Below are positions 1 to 11,360 of a stretch of DNA of 47,086 bases, piece by piece. The position numbers and the translations under genes are program-made. Within the stretch, counting starts at the first letter, position 1; each line of letters opens with the position of its first letter. Source of the DNA: a phage; assembly GCA_020364185.1 (NCBI GenBank), contig GCA_020364185.1_4846.1, one strand, 5' to 3'. The notes below the pieces were generated by a model. It made no database searches, was not told the DNA's origin, and was given only the letters and a program-made list of their open reading frames with translations.

Positions 1-94
1 AAAAAAAATTTTCGTCAAGGTATTGCGTTTACCAACACGTTGACGTATCTTTAAGTCACACCAGCGATATGCTGAGTTAAATCGAGAGGACACT

Positions 95-937
95 ATGAGC
101 TTATCAATGATTCAAAAACCAAAACCAGCAGCGCCAATCATAACATTGGTTGGTACTCCAGGTGTAGGCAAGACAACTCTTGCGGCGCTATTCCCAAACC
201 CAGTGTTTATTCAGGCTGAAGAGATCACTGGTGTTTTTGATGACTGGGATGATGAAAAGAAACCAGATTCATTTCCTGTACTGAAGCGAGCTGATGCTAA
301 ACGCAAAACAAGCACAAAGGATGATTTGCTGTCACAGCTACGCGCATTAATTACTGAGGAACATAATTACAAAACGCTTGTAATTGACTCAATCACAAGC
401 CTGCATTCAATGTTTGAGCATGAGGTTTGTGAAAATTACGGTGTTGACAACGTAGGTTCTGCGGCTGGTGGTTACAACAAAGGATATATTGTTGTTTCTG
501 AAATGCACGCTGAAATAATAAATGCATGTAAGTATCTTCGCAAAGAAAAAGGGATGAGCATTATTTATCTTGCACACGCAGGTGTTAAAAAGATGAAAAA
601 TCGCCCTGATGCTGATGAATACACTGTTTACACACTTGACATGCATGATGCTTCTGTTTCTGGCTATGTGAATCTTAGCGATGCTGTTATTTACATCAGG
701 AATGAGGAGTTCGTTAAAGGAACTGAGACTGATAAGAAAGGGCAGGTGACCAAGTTTGGAAAGGTTGTTCAGACTGGTCAGCGAGTTCTTATTACATCTG
801 GCGATGGTAGAGTTGGATATGTTAATGCAAAAAACAGATACAACCTTGAGCCTGAAATTCCTTTTGAAAAAGGTGAGAACCCACTTTTGAGTGAGATTAA
901 ATATTATGCATCTCTACGAGATAACCAAGCAGCTTAA
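95..937 (+). CDS. Sak4-like recombination ATPase (AAA_24 / RecA-like P-loop)
   Basis: 280-aa ORF with Walker A GTPGVGKTT near N-terminus and hydrophobic strand followed by D (Walker B-like LVIDSITS); ATG at 95 preceded by GAGAGGA RBS; first gene of a replication operon. Confidence 0.8.
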   Translation: MSLSMIQKPKPAAPIITLVGTPGVGKTTLAALFPNPVFIQAEEITGVFDDWDDEKKPDSFPVLKRADAKRKTSTKDDLLSQLRALITEEHNYKTLVIDSITSLHSMFEHEVCENYGVDNVGSAAGGYNKGYIVVSEMHAEIINACKYLRKEKGMSIIYLAHAGVKKMKNRPDADEYTVYTLDMHDASVSGYVNLSDAVIYIRNEEFVKGTETDKKGQVTKFGKVVQTGQRVLITSGDGRVGYVNAKNRYNLEPEIPFEKGENPLLSEIKYYASLRDNQAA

Positions 938-944
938 TGAACTG

Positions 945-1385
945 ATGGCGATGGAGGATATTCCACGGGAGCAGATTGAAGATACCATCAATCTTATTGA
1001 AGAGGAGTTTGAAGGAAAAGCTGAAATGGTCGCTGCTTACATTCGTGAGCTTGAAGCTGATGAAGCTGGACTTAAATCCGAGATTGACCGTCTTTCTGAG
1101 CGTAAGCGTGTTTTAGTTGCGAAGATTGATAACCTTAAAGATTATCTTCGTCAGAACATGATGGCGTCAGGAAAGACAAATATCAAAGGTAAGTTGTTCA
1201 GTATCACTCTTGGCAAAATGTCACCAGTTCTTGATGTGTTTGTCCCTGTTGAACAGCTTCCTGAGCAGTACCGCGTTGTGAAAGTGTCGGCAGATAACGC
1301 AGCAATTAAAAATGCGATAAAAGCCGGGATTGAAATTAAGGGTTGTGCCATCACCGACGGCAAACCAAAACTGATCATCAAATAA
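945..1385 (+). CDS. Gp157-family-like coiled-coil protein (Sak4-associated); start ambiguous (track start 891 overlaps upstream gene)
   Basis: ORF immediately after Sak4-like gene; charged coiled-coil N-terminal half (EEEFEGKAEMVAAYIRELEADEAGLKSEIDRLSERKR); ATG at 945 is first in-frame ATG after upstream stop at 935-937. Confidence 0.45.
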   Translation: MAMEDIPREQIEDTINLIEEEFEGKAEMVAAYIRELEADEAGLKSEIDRLSERKRVLVAKIDNLKDYLRQNMMASGKTNIKGKLFSITLGKMSPVLDVFVPVEQLPEQYRVVKVSADNAAIKNAIKAGIEIKGCAITDGKPKLIIK

Positions 1386-1402
1386 ATCGAGAGGACACAA
1401 AA

Positions 1403-1924
1403 ATGGGTTTCTGGAATCTTTCTGACGGTAAAGCTGTTGAATCTAAATCTGAATTTGAACTGGGTGGTGGTTTCGAAGTAATTCCTGATGGTAGTCGTGT
1501 TCTTGCTGCCGTTGAAGAATGTAAAGACGACCAGTGGGAAGGTGAGCGATTCTTCAATCTTAAGTGGCGAATCCTTGAGGGTGAGTATAAAAATCGCATC
1601 ATCTTTCAGAAGCTGAAAGTATTTAGCTCAAAAGAAAAGCAGCGCGACAATGCTATCACTATGCTTGCAGCAATTGACGCAAACGCCGGTGGCAAGCTGA
1701 TGGCTTCAGGTAAAGAGCCGACTGATTTTGCTATTGCCAGTGCGCTTGCAAATCGCCCAATGATTCTTCTTCTTCGCGTTTGGGAGTCTGAGGATAAGCA
1801 AAAAACTGGTAACTATGTGGCTGGTGTTTTCAGTCGTCAACAGACAAAAGCATCACCTACTCCTAAGCAATCAGCGCCATCTAACGAGCCTCCGATGGAT
1901 TTCGAAGAAGACGTTCCGTTTTGA
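1403..1924 (+). CDS. SSB-like protein with E. coli SSB-type acidic C-terminal tail (putative ssDNA-binding protein)
   Basis: ATG at 1403 preceded by AAATCGAGAGGACAC leader; C-terminus ...SAPSNEPPMDFEEDVPF closely resembles the E. coli SSB tail ...SNEPPMDFDDDIPF (recalled from memory); N-terminal body not obviously canonical. Confidence 0.55.
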   Translation: MGFWNLSDGKAVESKSEFELGGGFEVIPDGSRVLAAVEECKDDQWEGERFFNLKWRILEGEYKNRIIFQKLKVFSSKEKQRDNAITMLAAIDANAGGKLMASGKEPTDFAIASALANRPMILLLRVWESEDKQKTGNYVAGVFSRQQTKASPTPKQSAPSNEPPMDFEEDVPF

Positions 1925-1940
1925 TTTGGATTAGAATTAC

Positions 1941-1966
1941 GGGGCCATTCGTGGCCCTTTTTTATT
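1941..1966 (+). terminator. intrinsic terminator / attenuator between SSB-like gene and helicase
   Basis: GGGCCA-ttcg-TGGCCC perfect 6-bp stem followed by TTTTTTTAT. Confidence 0.55.
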
Positions 1967-1978
1967 CGAGAGGACACT

Positions 1979-3847
1979 ATGAAAGTACAGCTTAGAACAT
2001 ACCAACAAGAAGCTGTTGATTCTGTTATATGTCATATTCGTTCAAGCGTTTCATCGTGCATGATCATCTTGCCTACAGGGTCTGGGAAAAGCGTTGTTGT
2101 TGCATCAATCGCCGATTGGGTATTTAAAAATACTGGCAAGCGCGTTCTGTGCGTTGCCCCAACAAGCGAGTTAGTTGTACAAAACAGGCAGCGTTTTCTT
2201 TCTCTTACCGGCGAGCCAGCCAGCATGTTCAGTGCAAAGGCTGGCCCCAAAAACCTGCGTCACCCGGTAGTGTTTGGTTCACCAGTTACAATCAAGAACT
2301 CAATAGAGATGTTTGGTGATAAGTATGGTGCTGTCATTATTGATGAATGTGATGGAATAACGCCAACCATTAAATTCATTATTAATGAGATGAAGCGTCG
2401 CAATCCAAAACTGCGTGTTATTGGAATGACCGCTACGCCTTACCGCCTTGGAACTGGATACATCTACAAAGAGCATTACCTCGACGGTCCTACAGATGAA
2501 GAAACAGCCATAGACCCATATTACGACAAAGTCGTTTATGAGCTTGAAGCTAAATTTCTCATCGAAAACGGATACCTTACTCCGCCAGTAACAGAGCCTG
2601 TTTTTGACGAGTATGATACGTCTTGTCTTGAAAAGGATAAGTTGGGTCGGTACACGATAGCTTCAGTTGAAAAGGCGATGGTTGGAAAAGGAAGAAAAAC
2701 ATCACGTATTGTTGAAGATATTATCCGTCGCTCTGTTAATCGGCGAGGAACGATGATTTTTGCCAGCACCAAGAAACACGCTATGGAGATAATGGAGTCA
2801 CTTCCTCCCGGTTCTTATAGTTATGTTTTTGGTGATATGCCGACAACGGAACGCAATAAGGCAATATCAGACTTCAAGGCGCAAAAAGTTAAATACATCG
2901 TTAACCAAAATATCCTTACTGTAGGGGTTGATGTTCCTCATTGTGATCACATAGCAGTAATGAGAGCCACAGAATCACCAAGGCTCTATCAGCAAATAAT
3001 TGGCAGGGGGACGCGTCTTTATGAAGGAAAGGAAGATTTTCTTGTCAGCGATTACGCAGGCAACATTCAGCGCCACTTTTCTGCGACTGGGGACTTATTC
3101 ACTCCAGAAATAAAAGCAACAAGGAAAAAACCATCCGTGCCAATGGATGTCAAATGCCCTCTTTGTGGCTTTATTAATGAATTTGGCGTGCGCCCAAATC
3201 CTGAAAATCTTGAAGTTGACAATGAGGGGTACTGGCTTGATCTGGCTGGTGACAGGGTTATGATTGACATTTTTGATAAATCAGGTGAAAAAGTTGGAAG
3301 AAAGCCAATGCCAGCTCATTTTGGCAGGAGGTGTAAAAACTATGTTATGCAAGGACCATTAAGAGAAATGCACAGATGCACTTATAAATGGTCGGTAAAA
3401 GAATGTCCTGATTGTGGATTTGAAAATGATATAGCGGCAAGAAACTGCACATCATGCGGATCTGAAATCATTGACCCAAACCAAAAGCTAAAAGAAGAAG
3501 CTGACAGGCTTGATTCTTCTCCTTATGCAACCAAGCAATCAAGTGTAACCATGATGAATATCATGAAGCATTACGTTTCAAGCGGAGAAGACTTGGTGCA
3601 CGTGAAATTTGCTATTGAGCACAAGCCATTTTTTGTTAGCAAGTTCTACAATCCAAACTCTGAGAAGGAATGGATGAGGAAGGAGTGGGAAGAGTTTTGC
3701 AGTAAGTGCTTTGATGAATCTGACATGTCAATTGATGATGCAATAGCAAAAAGAGATGAGGCTGTCGCGCCATCAGTGATTATGTTCAGAAGAGATAAGG
3801 GTAGTAAATATTTCAACGTTAAAGGCATGTATTGGGGGGTATTATGA
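1979..3847 (+). CDS. SF2 DEAD/DEAH-box DNA helicase with C-terminal Zn-ribbon motifs
   Basis: 622-aa ORF; Walker A LPTGSGKS, DEAD-box-like IIDECD, SAT-like MTATP; two CxxC pairs (CPLCG, CPDCG / CTSCG) in C-terminal region. Confidence 0.8.
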   Translation: MKVQLRTYQQEAVDSVICHIRSSVSSCMIILPTGSGKSVVVASIADWVFKNTGKRVLCVAPTSELVVQNRQRFLSLTGEPASMFSAKAGPKNLRHPVVFGSPVTIKNSIEMFGDKYGAVIIDECDGITPTIKFIINEMKRRNPKLRVIGMTATPYRLGTGYIYKEHYLDGPTDEETAIDPYYDKVVYELEAKFLIENGYLTPPVTEPVFDEYDTSCLEKDKLGRYTIASVEKAMVGKGRKTSRIVEDIIRRSVNRRGTMIFASTKKHAMEIMESLPPGSYSYVFGDMPTTERNKAISDFKAQKVKYIVNQNILTVGVDVPHCDHIAVMRATESPRLYQQIIGRGTRLYEGKEDFLVSDYAGNIQRHFSATGDLFTPEIKATRKKPSVPMDVKCPLCGFINEFGVRPNPENLEVDNEGYWLDLAGDRVMIDIFDKSGEKVGRKPMPAHFGRRCKNYVMQGPLREMHRCTYKWSVKECPDCGFENDIAARNCTSCGSEIIDPNQKLKEEADRLDSSPYATKQSSVTMMNIMKHYVSSGEDLVHVKFAIEHKPFFVSKFYNPNSEKEWMRKEWEEFCSKCFDESDMSIDDAIAKRDEAVAPSVIMFRRDKGSKYFNVKGMYWGVL

Positions 3848-4299
3848 TTTTTCCAGAAGGCGTTAAGGTATATGGTGATTTAGATTACAGAAACAAAAAA
3901 TGCCCGTCAGAAGATGCTGAGCTGGAGACTTTTGTTAATCAGATAAGGAAGATATATCCTGACTTTGCAAGGGTTATGATTCATGTTCCAAATGAAGGCA
4001 AGCGCAAGGGATATGAAGTTGAAAATCTTAAGAAGAAGGGCGCGTTAAATTTCGGAGCATCAGACATTATCATTAACGGAAAGCAATCATTCGTTATGGA
4101 GATGAAGAGAATGGATCATACTTTATCAAAATGGCAGCCCGGTCAAATGGCATACCTAAAGGCGGCAAAAGAATTAGGTTCCTTCGCGTGTGTATGCCTT
4201 GGTTGGGAGGCTGCAATGATGGCATTTAACGACTGGAGAGCAATGAATTACCCAAACTATAAAAAACCATCAGAGCCATTGATATTTGATGGTTTTTAG
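3844..4299 (+). CDS. VRR-NUC domain nuclease (PD-(D/E)xK)
   Basis: ATG at 3844 overlaps helicase stop (ATGA); preceded by GGGGGG; motif GASDIIINGK...FVMEMKR fits D...E-x-K nuclease core; ends with TAG (amber) at 4297-4299. Confidence 0.7.
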   Translation: MIFPEGVKVYGDLDYRNKKCPSEDAELETFVNQIRKIYPDFARVMIHVPNEGKRKGYEVENLKKKGALNFGASDIIINGKQSFVMEMKRMDHTLSKWQPGQMAYLKAAKELGSFACVCLGWEAAMMAFNDWRAMNYPNYKKPSEPLIFDGF

Positions 4300-4419
4300 C
4301 AACAACGCCAGCAATCAGGCCAGCAACCGCAACGACAGCAGCAACAGCGATCAAAACAACAAAGCCCACAAATAGGCAATGAGCCTCCGGTTGGTTTTGA
4401 TGATTCAATACCCTTCTGA
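4300..4419 (+). other. in-frame 39-codon extension after amber stop encoding an SSB-type C-terminal tail (QQRQQSGQQPQRQQQQRSKQQSPQIGNEPPVGFDDSIPF*)
   Basis: direct translation of frame continuing from VRR-NUC TAG; no internal ATG; ends GNEPPVGFDDSIPF then TGA. Confidence 0.4.
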
Positions 4420-4430
4420 TGATAAAACTA

Positions 4431-4458
4431 ACCCCGCCGAAGCGGGGTTTTTGTTGTT
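4431..4458. terminator. bidirectional intrinsic terminator between convergent replication operon and tail module
   Basis: ACCCCGC-cgaa-GCGGGGT stem-loop followed by TTTTTGTTGTT on plus strand and a U-rich tract on minus strand. Confidence 0.65.
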
Positions 4459-4464
4459 ATAATA

Positions 4465-6609
4465 TTAATCAGCGTAAAACATCAAGAACATAATAAGCTC
4501 ATCATAGCGTATTCCGTACCTTACTCCAGCTGGTTTAACCGTTACAACTTCCTCTAACGTTTCTGGATTAATGCTTCTTTCAGAAGATTCTTCCCACTCG
4601 TCCTTGCACCAGAATGCGTAATCCTCTGGTTTAAGTCCATGCTTTGTTAGGATAGAACCAACGGTTTGCGCACCAACACCGAAGTGTGTCCGTGCAGACT
4701 CTTTTCCCTTAAGTTCTATAGCGTCAGTAAACTTATAGCGAATAATATTCTTGCGAATTTCATTGGCCGCTTCCCTTTCCGCACTCTCGTTTGTTGCCTG
4801 GGCTTTTACCTTCAGCGTTTCATCCGATGTGCTTATTGTGCCCGTGGCAGCATAGACAACAGACCATCTATTTGATGTATATCCTAATACGGTCGCATTG
4901 TCTGTATCAGGCATGAATCCATTGTATCCACTAATCTTAAGGTCGCCATTTGGGTTTCCTGATGATGTTTTACCATCATGGCTGGTCAGGGTTACTCCTT
5001 TTGTCCCGGTAGCGGTTGTTATCAAGATACCGGCGTGGGTAGCACCCAGAAGCTGAATTTCGCTATTATCGTTGCGTAAATCCTGCGCAGGTGCCTCTAG
5101 CACAGATGACGTGAATTTCCATTTCGTATCAGAAAAAAGTTCGACCGGTTGTACGCCATCCTTCTGATACATAATGGCTTTAACCCCGGAGTCCTTGCGT
5201 CTTACACCGATGGCATTTGGTTGCGACCCGGACCAGTTAGACGCGAAAGTAAACCCGTCAAATTCCACCAATGACTCATAAGGATTGCTGGTATCGTTAT
5301 TGATGGGTTCTGTAATAAAAATCCATCCCCAGTCGAAATAGTTATTATAAGTCCCTACGTTAGCATCTATCTGATACGCCCGGGTGCATACCCCCCCATA
5401 GTAACCGTAGAATCTCAGGTTCCCGGCAACTTGTGAGTCGGAGCTTACGGTTTTAACCACGCGCACACCACACGGCACATCTGCGGGACCCGTCGTTTTG
5501 GTTATATTCTCACAAGAGCCGCCAAACACCCGAAGTGAGTCCGTGCTTTCAATCCAGAACGCACAGTTTCCCGTTACGTGAACTGGGTTGTAAATAGTGA
5601 TTCTGGTATTGTTGTTGTCACCTGAAACACTCCGATTGAATCTAAACCCGCAGTCAACGTTTTCAAATACTGGATTTTTTATGGTGTGGTAATACGCGCC
5701 GCTGTTAGCCCCAGAAACTGTTGGTCCTGGTTGCAGTAACACCCCTACAGACACGTCTGTCGCTTTTGGGTTGTTAAGCTGACAAAACTGTTGCGATACA
5801 CGCGTAGTAGTTTGTGTAAGATCTTCTGGGCTTATTGCGTATGCCACTACCTCTGTGAAACCATCTGGATTTATTACCGCAGGGTTGGTTACGATACAGA
5901 AATCATGACTCATTCGTAGACATGTTATGCCAGAAGCTCCTGCTACGATTGTCGTACCAGTGAAATCAATATACCTTGTAGATGTAACATCCTGCGTATA
6001 CGAGCCATCGAACTTCATCACAAGACTTTGTGTTATGCGATATCTCGCACCTACTCTTCCTGTTAATTTACCAAACGGCACCCCTTCCAACCACGACAAT
6101 GCCGCCAGCATCGCGGAGGTATCATTAGTTACCCCGTCGCCAATGGCACCGAACTCTTCAAATGACTTTATTGTCGTAACTCGATGGGCAATCTGGTCAA
6201 TTGTTGCACCATGCTTTGTTAGATCAGTTCTAATAGACGCATCACCAACACTAACCCACGCTCCCAGACCAATGCCACCGGAAGTTTCAGGAGCTGAGCC
6301 AGATGGTACGGTTTTAGGAAACGCACCATCCCAACGGTAATATTCTCCGGTAGCTTCATAACGCAAAACCTGATTTGGTAGTGTCAGTGTCGCCCCATCT
6401 TCAAAGCTATCCATTGTTATGTAGCCATAATTACGGATAGCCTCTTCTGCGGTGTACTGAAAACCAGCAATTGTCCAGCGGCGTACACCGAATCGGTCGG
6501 TGTAGTAATGCGCGTCAGAGTTGACAACTTCGTCAATTTTCCCTGCATTAAATTTCAGGTCTCGCGGGTCTTCTGACGGAATTGGTTTATTGGTTGGTGT
6601 GGTAGACAT
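4465..6609 (-). CDS. tail fibre / tailspike with C-terminal intramolecular chaperone (peptidase S74-like) domain
   Basis: 714 aa from ATG at 6609 (AAGGAG RBS 9 nt upstream); Gly/Ser/Thr-rich beta-rich body; C-terminal region ...SNRWSVVYAATGTISTSDETLKVKAQ...IRYKFTDAIELKG... resembles autocleaving chaperone of endosialidase-type fibres. Confidence 0.7.
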   Translation of the reverse strand: MSTTPTNKPIPSEDPRDLKFNAGKIDEVVNSDAHYYTDRFGVRRWTIAGFQYTAEEAIRNYGYITMDSFEDGATLTLPNQVLRYEATGEYYRWDGAFPKTVPSGSAPETSGGIGLGAWVSVGDASIRTDLTKHGATIDQIAHRVTTIKSFEEFGAIGDGVTNDTSAMLAALSWLEGVPFGKLTGRVGARYRITQSLVMKFDGSYTQDVTSTRYIDFTGTTIVAGASGITCLRMSHDFCIVTNPAVINPDGFTEVVAYAISPEDLTQTTTRVSQQFCQLNNPKATDVSVGVLLQPGPTVSGANSGAYYHTIKNPVFENVDCGFRFNRSVSGDNNNTRITIYNPVHVTGNCAFWIESTDSLRVFGGSCENITKTTGPADVPCGVRVVKTVSSDSQVAGNLRFYGYYGGVCTRAYQIDANVGTYNNYFDWGWIFITEPINNDTSNPYESLVEFDGFTFASNWSGSQPNAIGVRRKDSGVKAIMYQKDGVQPVELFSDTKWKFTSSVLEAPAQDLRNDNSEIQLLGATHAGILITTATGTKGVTLTSHDGKTSSGNPNGDLKISGYNGFMPDTDNATVLGYTSNRWSVVYAATGTISTSDETLKVKAQATNESAEREAANEIRKNIIRYKFTDAIELKGKESARTHFGVGAQTVGSILTKHGLKPEDYAFWCKDEWEESSERSINPETLEEVVTVKPAGVRYGIRYDELIMFLMFYAD

Positions 6610-6648
6610 TATAATAAATGCTCCTTTGTGAATTTGATGCATATTGTA

Positions 6649-9977
<3,329 letters not shown>

Positions 9978-9989
9978 TTATACCTCTCG

Positions 9990-11360
9990 TCAGATGTTGA
10001 ATTTTATTGTTGTGATGTACTTACTACCCCACGCAGAATCAGCTTGCGGGATAGTCGCGTAATCATCTACAGACGGAACGTTTACCACAGTTCCGTCGGA
10101 ATAGGTAATGTCAATGCTTGTTGCGCCATTCATTACTACTTTTGCTGATGTCGTTGGTCTGATTACCGGTGACGCCTCTGTTACTATCGGGGATGTGGCA
10201 AACGGTGATTTTTCTATTTGCATCGCGCACGCTAATATCCCGCTAACCCCGTCACCGGCGAATGAAGCAACAGCTGAGTTGTTGTATACCCATGACGCTA
10301 AAAGCAGAGAAGACGCGCCGCCCGGGCGTATAACTACCGTTTCTGTAAATCGATACCAACCATCACCAAGCTCTGTTATATCGCTACCAGAGCCGCCCGC
10401 GTAAATAGTCCCGGTCGATAAACCAGCAACACAATCCGCGATAAACCCCGCATCATCAGCGGCGCGAAGTCTCGCATAATTATAACCATAAGCCTTAGCA
10501 ACGTAACTGAGGGTGTATACATCACCATCCGCAAAAGCAGAAGACACTGATTGTTGTACGATATGGTTGCCATTTGTCGCGGTCGGAACTAGTGAGAACG
10601 TACCGCCGTTTAGAATTCCGTCAACTGCGTCTGACACTGTTGTGCTAGTTTTTGACCACGATGCGTCGGATAATTTCGACGATTTAATCAGGATATTGCT
10701 GGATGCAGGTTCCGGCGGCACGCGCCCAACGGCAACCCCATCAATAAACGTAAGAGGCCATTCATTAGTGGCGGACTGCACAAGATTGCCGTTGCGGTTG
10801 ATGTAGTATACCTGCGGACCATCGTAAACAATGCGACTATCAAGCGTAGATGACAGCATGTTAATTGGCATATGCAGTATCGGTGTCATATAGACTTGCG
10901 GGAGTTCACGGTTAACAACTTCGTCAAGCCAGCTATACCATCTGTAATCCAGTTCGACAAGAACATCATCGAACTCATCCATCGTGTTATTGAGTTTCTT
11001 GGCGATGACATTGCCGGTCCACGTCACTACGCCGCCATCAATGCTGGTCTGTACAGGGTAATCGGTAAAGTGCAGCGTCTGCTCCTGCAATCCGCTGCCG
11101 CCGAGGTCAATCATCATGGTGAACCAGTTATTACATTTGTTGAGGTAACTCGGACTACGCAACCACTGGATAAATGCACGCTCCTCCGCCAGTGTAAAAA
11201 TCCACGTCAGACTCCATGTGGCTGCAATGTCAGTCGTTAATTTTTGAAATATCGGCGCCCCAACGGCTGGGGTATCCTTCCTGAAAGGGGTCTGAAACGT
11301 AAGGTTTTTGCTAGATCTTTGCGCCAAAGGCAGCCAGTCAGGGTATTTGATGATAGCCAT
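9990..11360 (-). CDS. minor tail protein (distal tail-like)
   Basis: 456-aa ORF immediately downstream of tape measure gene (start codon shares a base with the TMP stop codon at 11360). Confidence 0.45.
   Translation of the reverse strand: MAIIKYPDWLPLAQRSSKNLTFQTPFRKDTPAVGAPIFQKLTTDIAATWSLTWIFTLAEERAFIQWLRSPSYLNKCNNWFTMMIDLGGSGLQEQTLHFTDYPVQTSIDGGVVTWTGNVIAKKLNNTMDEFDDVLVELDYRWYSWLDEVVNRELPQVYMTPILHMPINMLSSTLDSRIVYDGPQVYYINRNGNLVQSATNEWPLTFIDGVAVGRVPPEPASSNILIKSSKLSDASWSKTSTTVSDAVDGILNGGTFSLVPTATNGNHIVQQSVSSAFADGDVYTLSYVAKAYGYNYARLRAADDAGFIADCVAGLSTGTIYAGGSGSDITELGDGWYRFTETVVIRPGGASSLLLASWVYNNSAVASFAGDGVSGILACAMQIEKSPFATSPIVTEASPVIRPTTSAKVVMNGATSIDITYSDGTVVNVPSVDDYATIPQADSAWGSKYITTIKFNI

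Noticed and set aside
4226-4408. 60-aa hydrophobic minus-strand ORF downstream of the tail fibre gene
   Set aside because: It is the antisense reading of the Gln-rich SSB-tail-like segment after the VRR-NUC amber codon and lies beyond the terminator hairpin for minus-strand transcripts; the plus-strand interpretation explains the sequence better.
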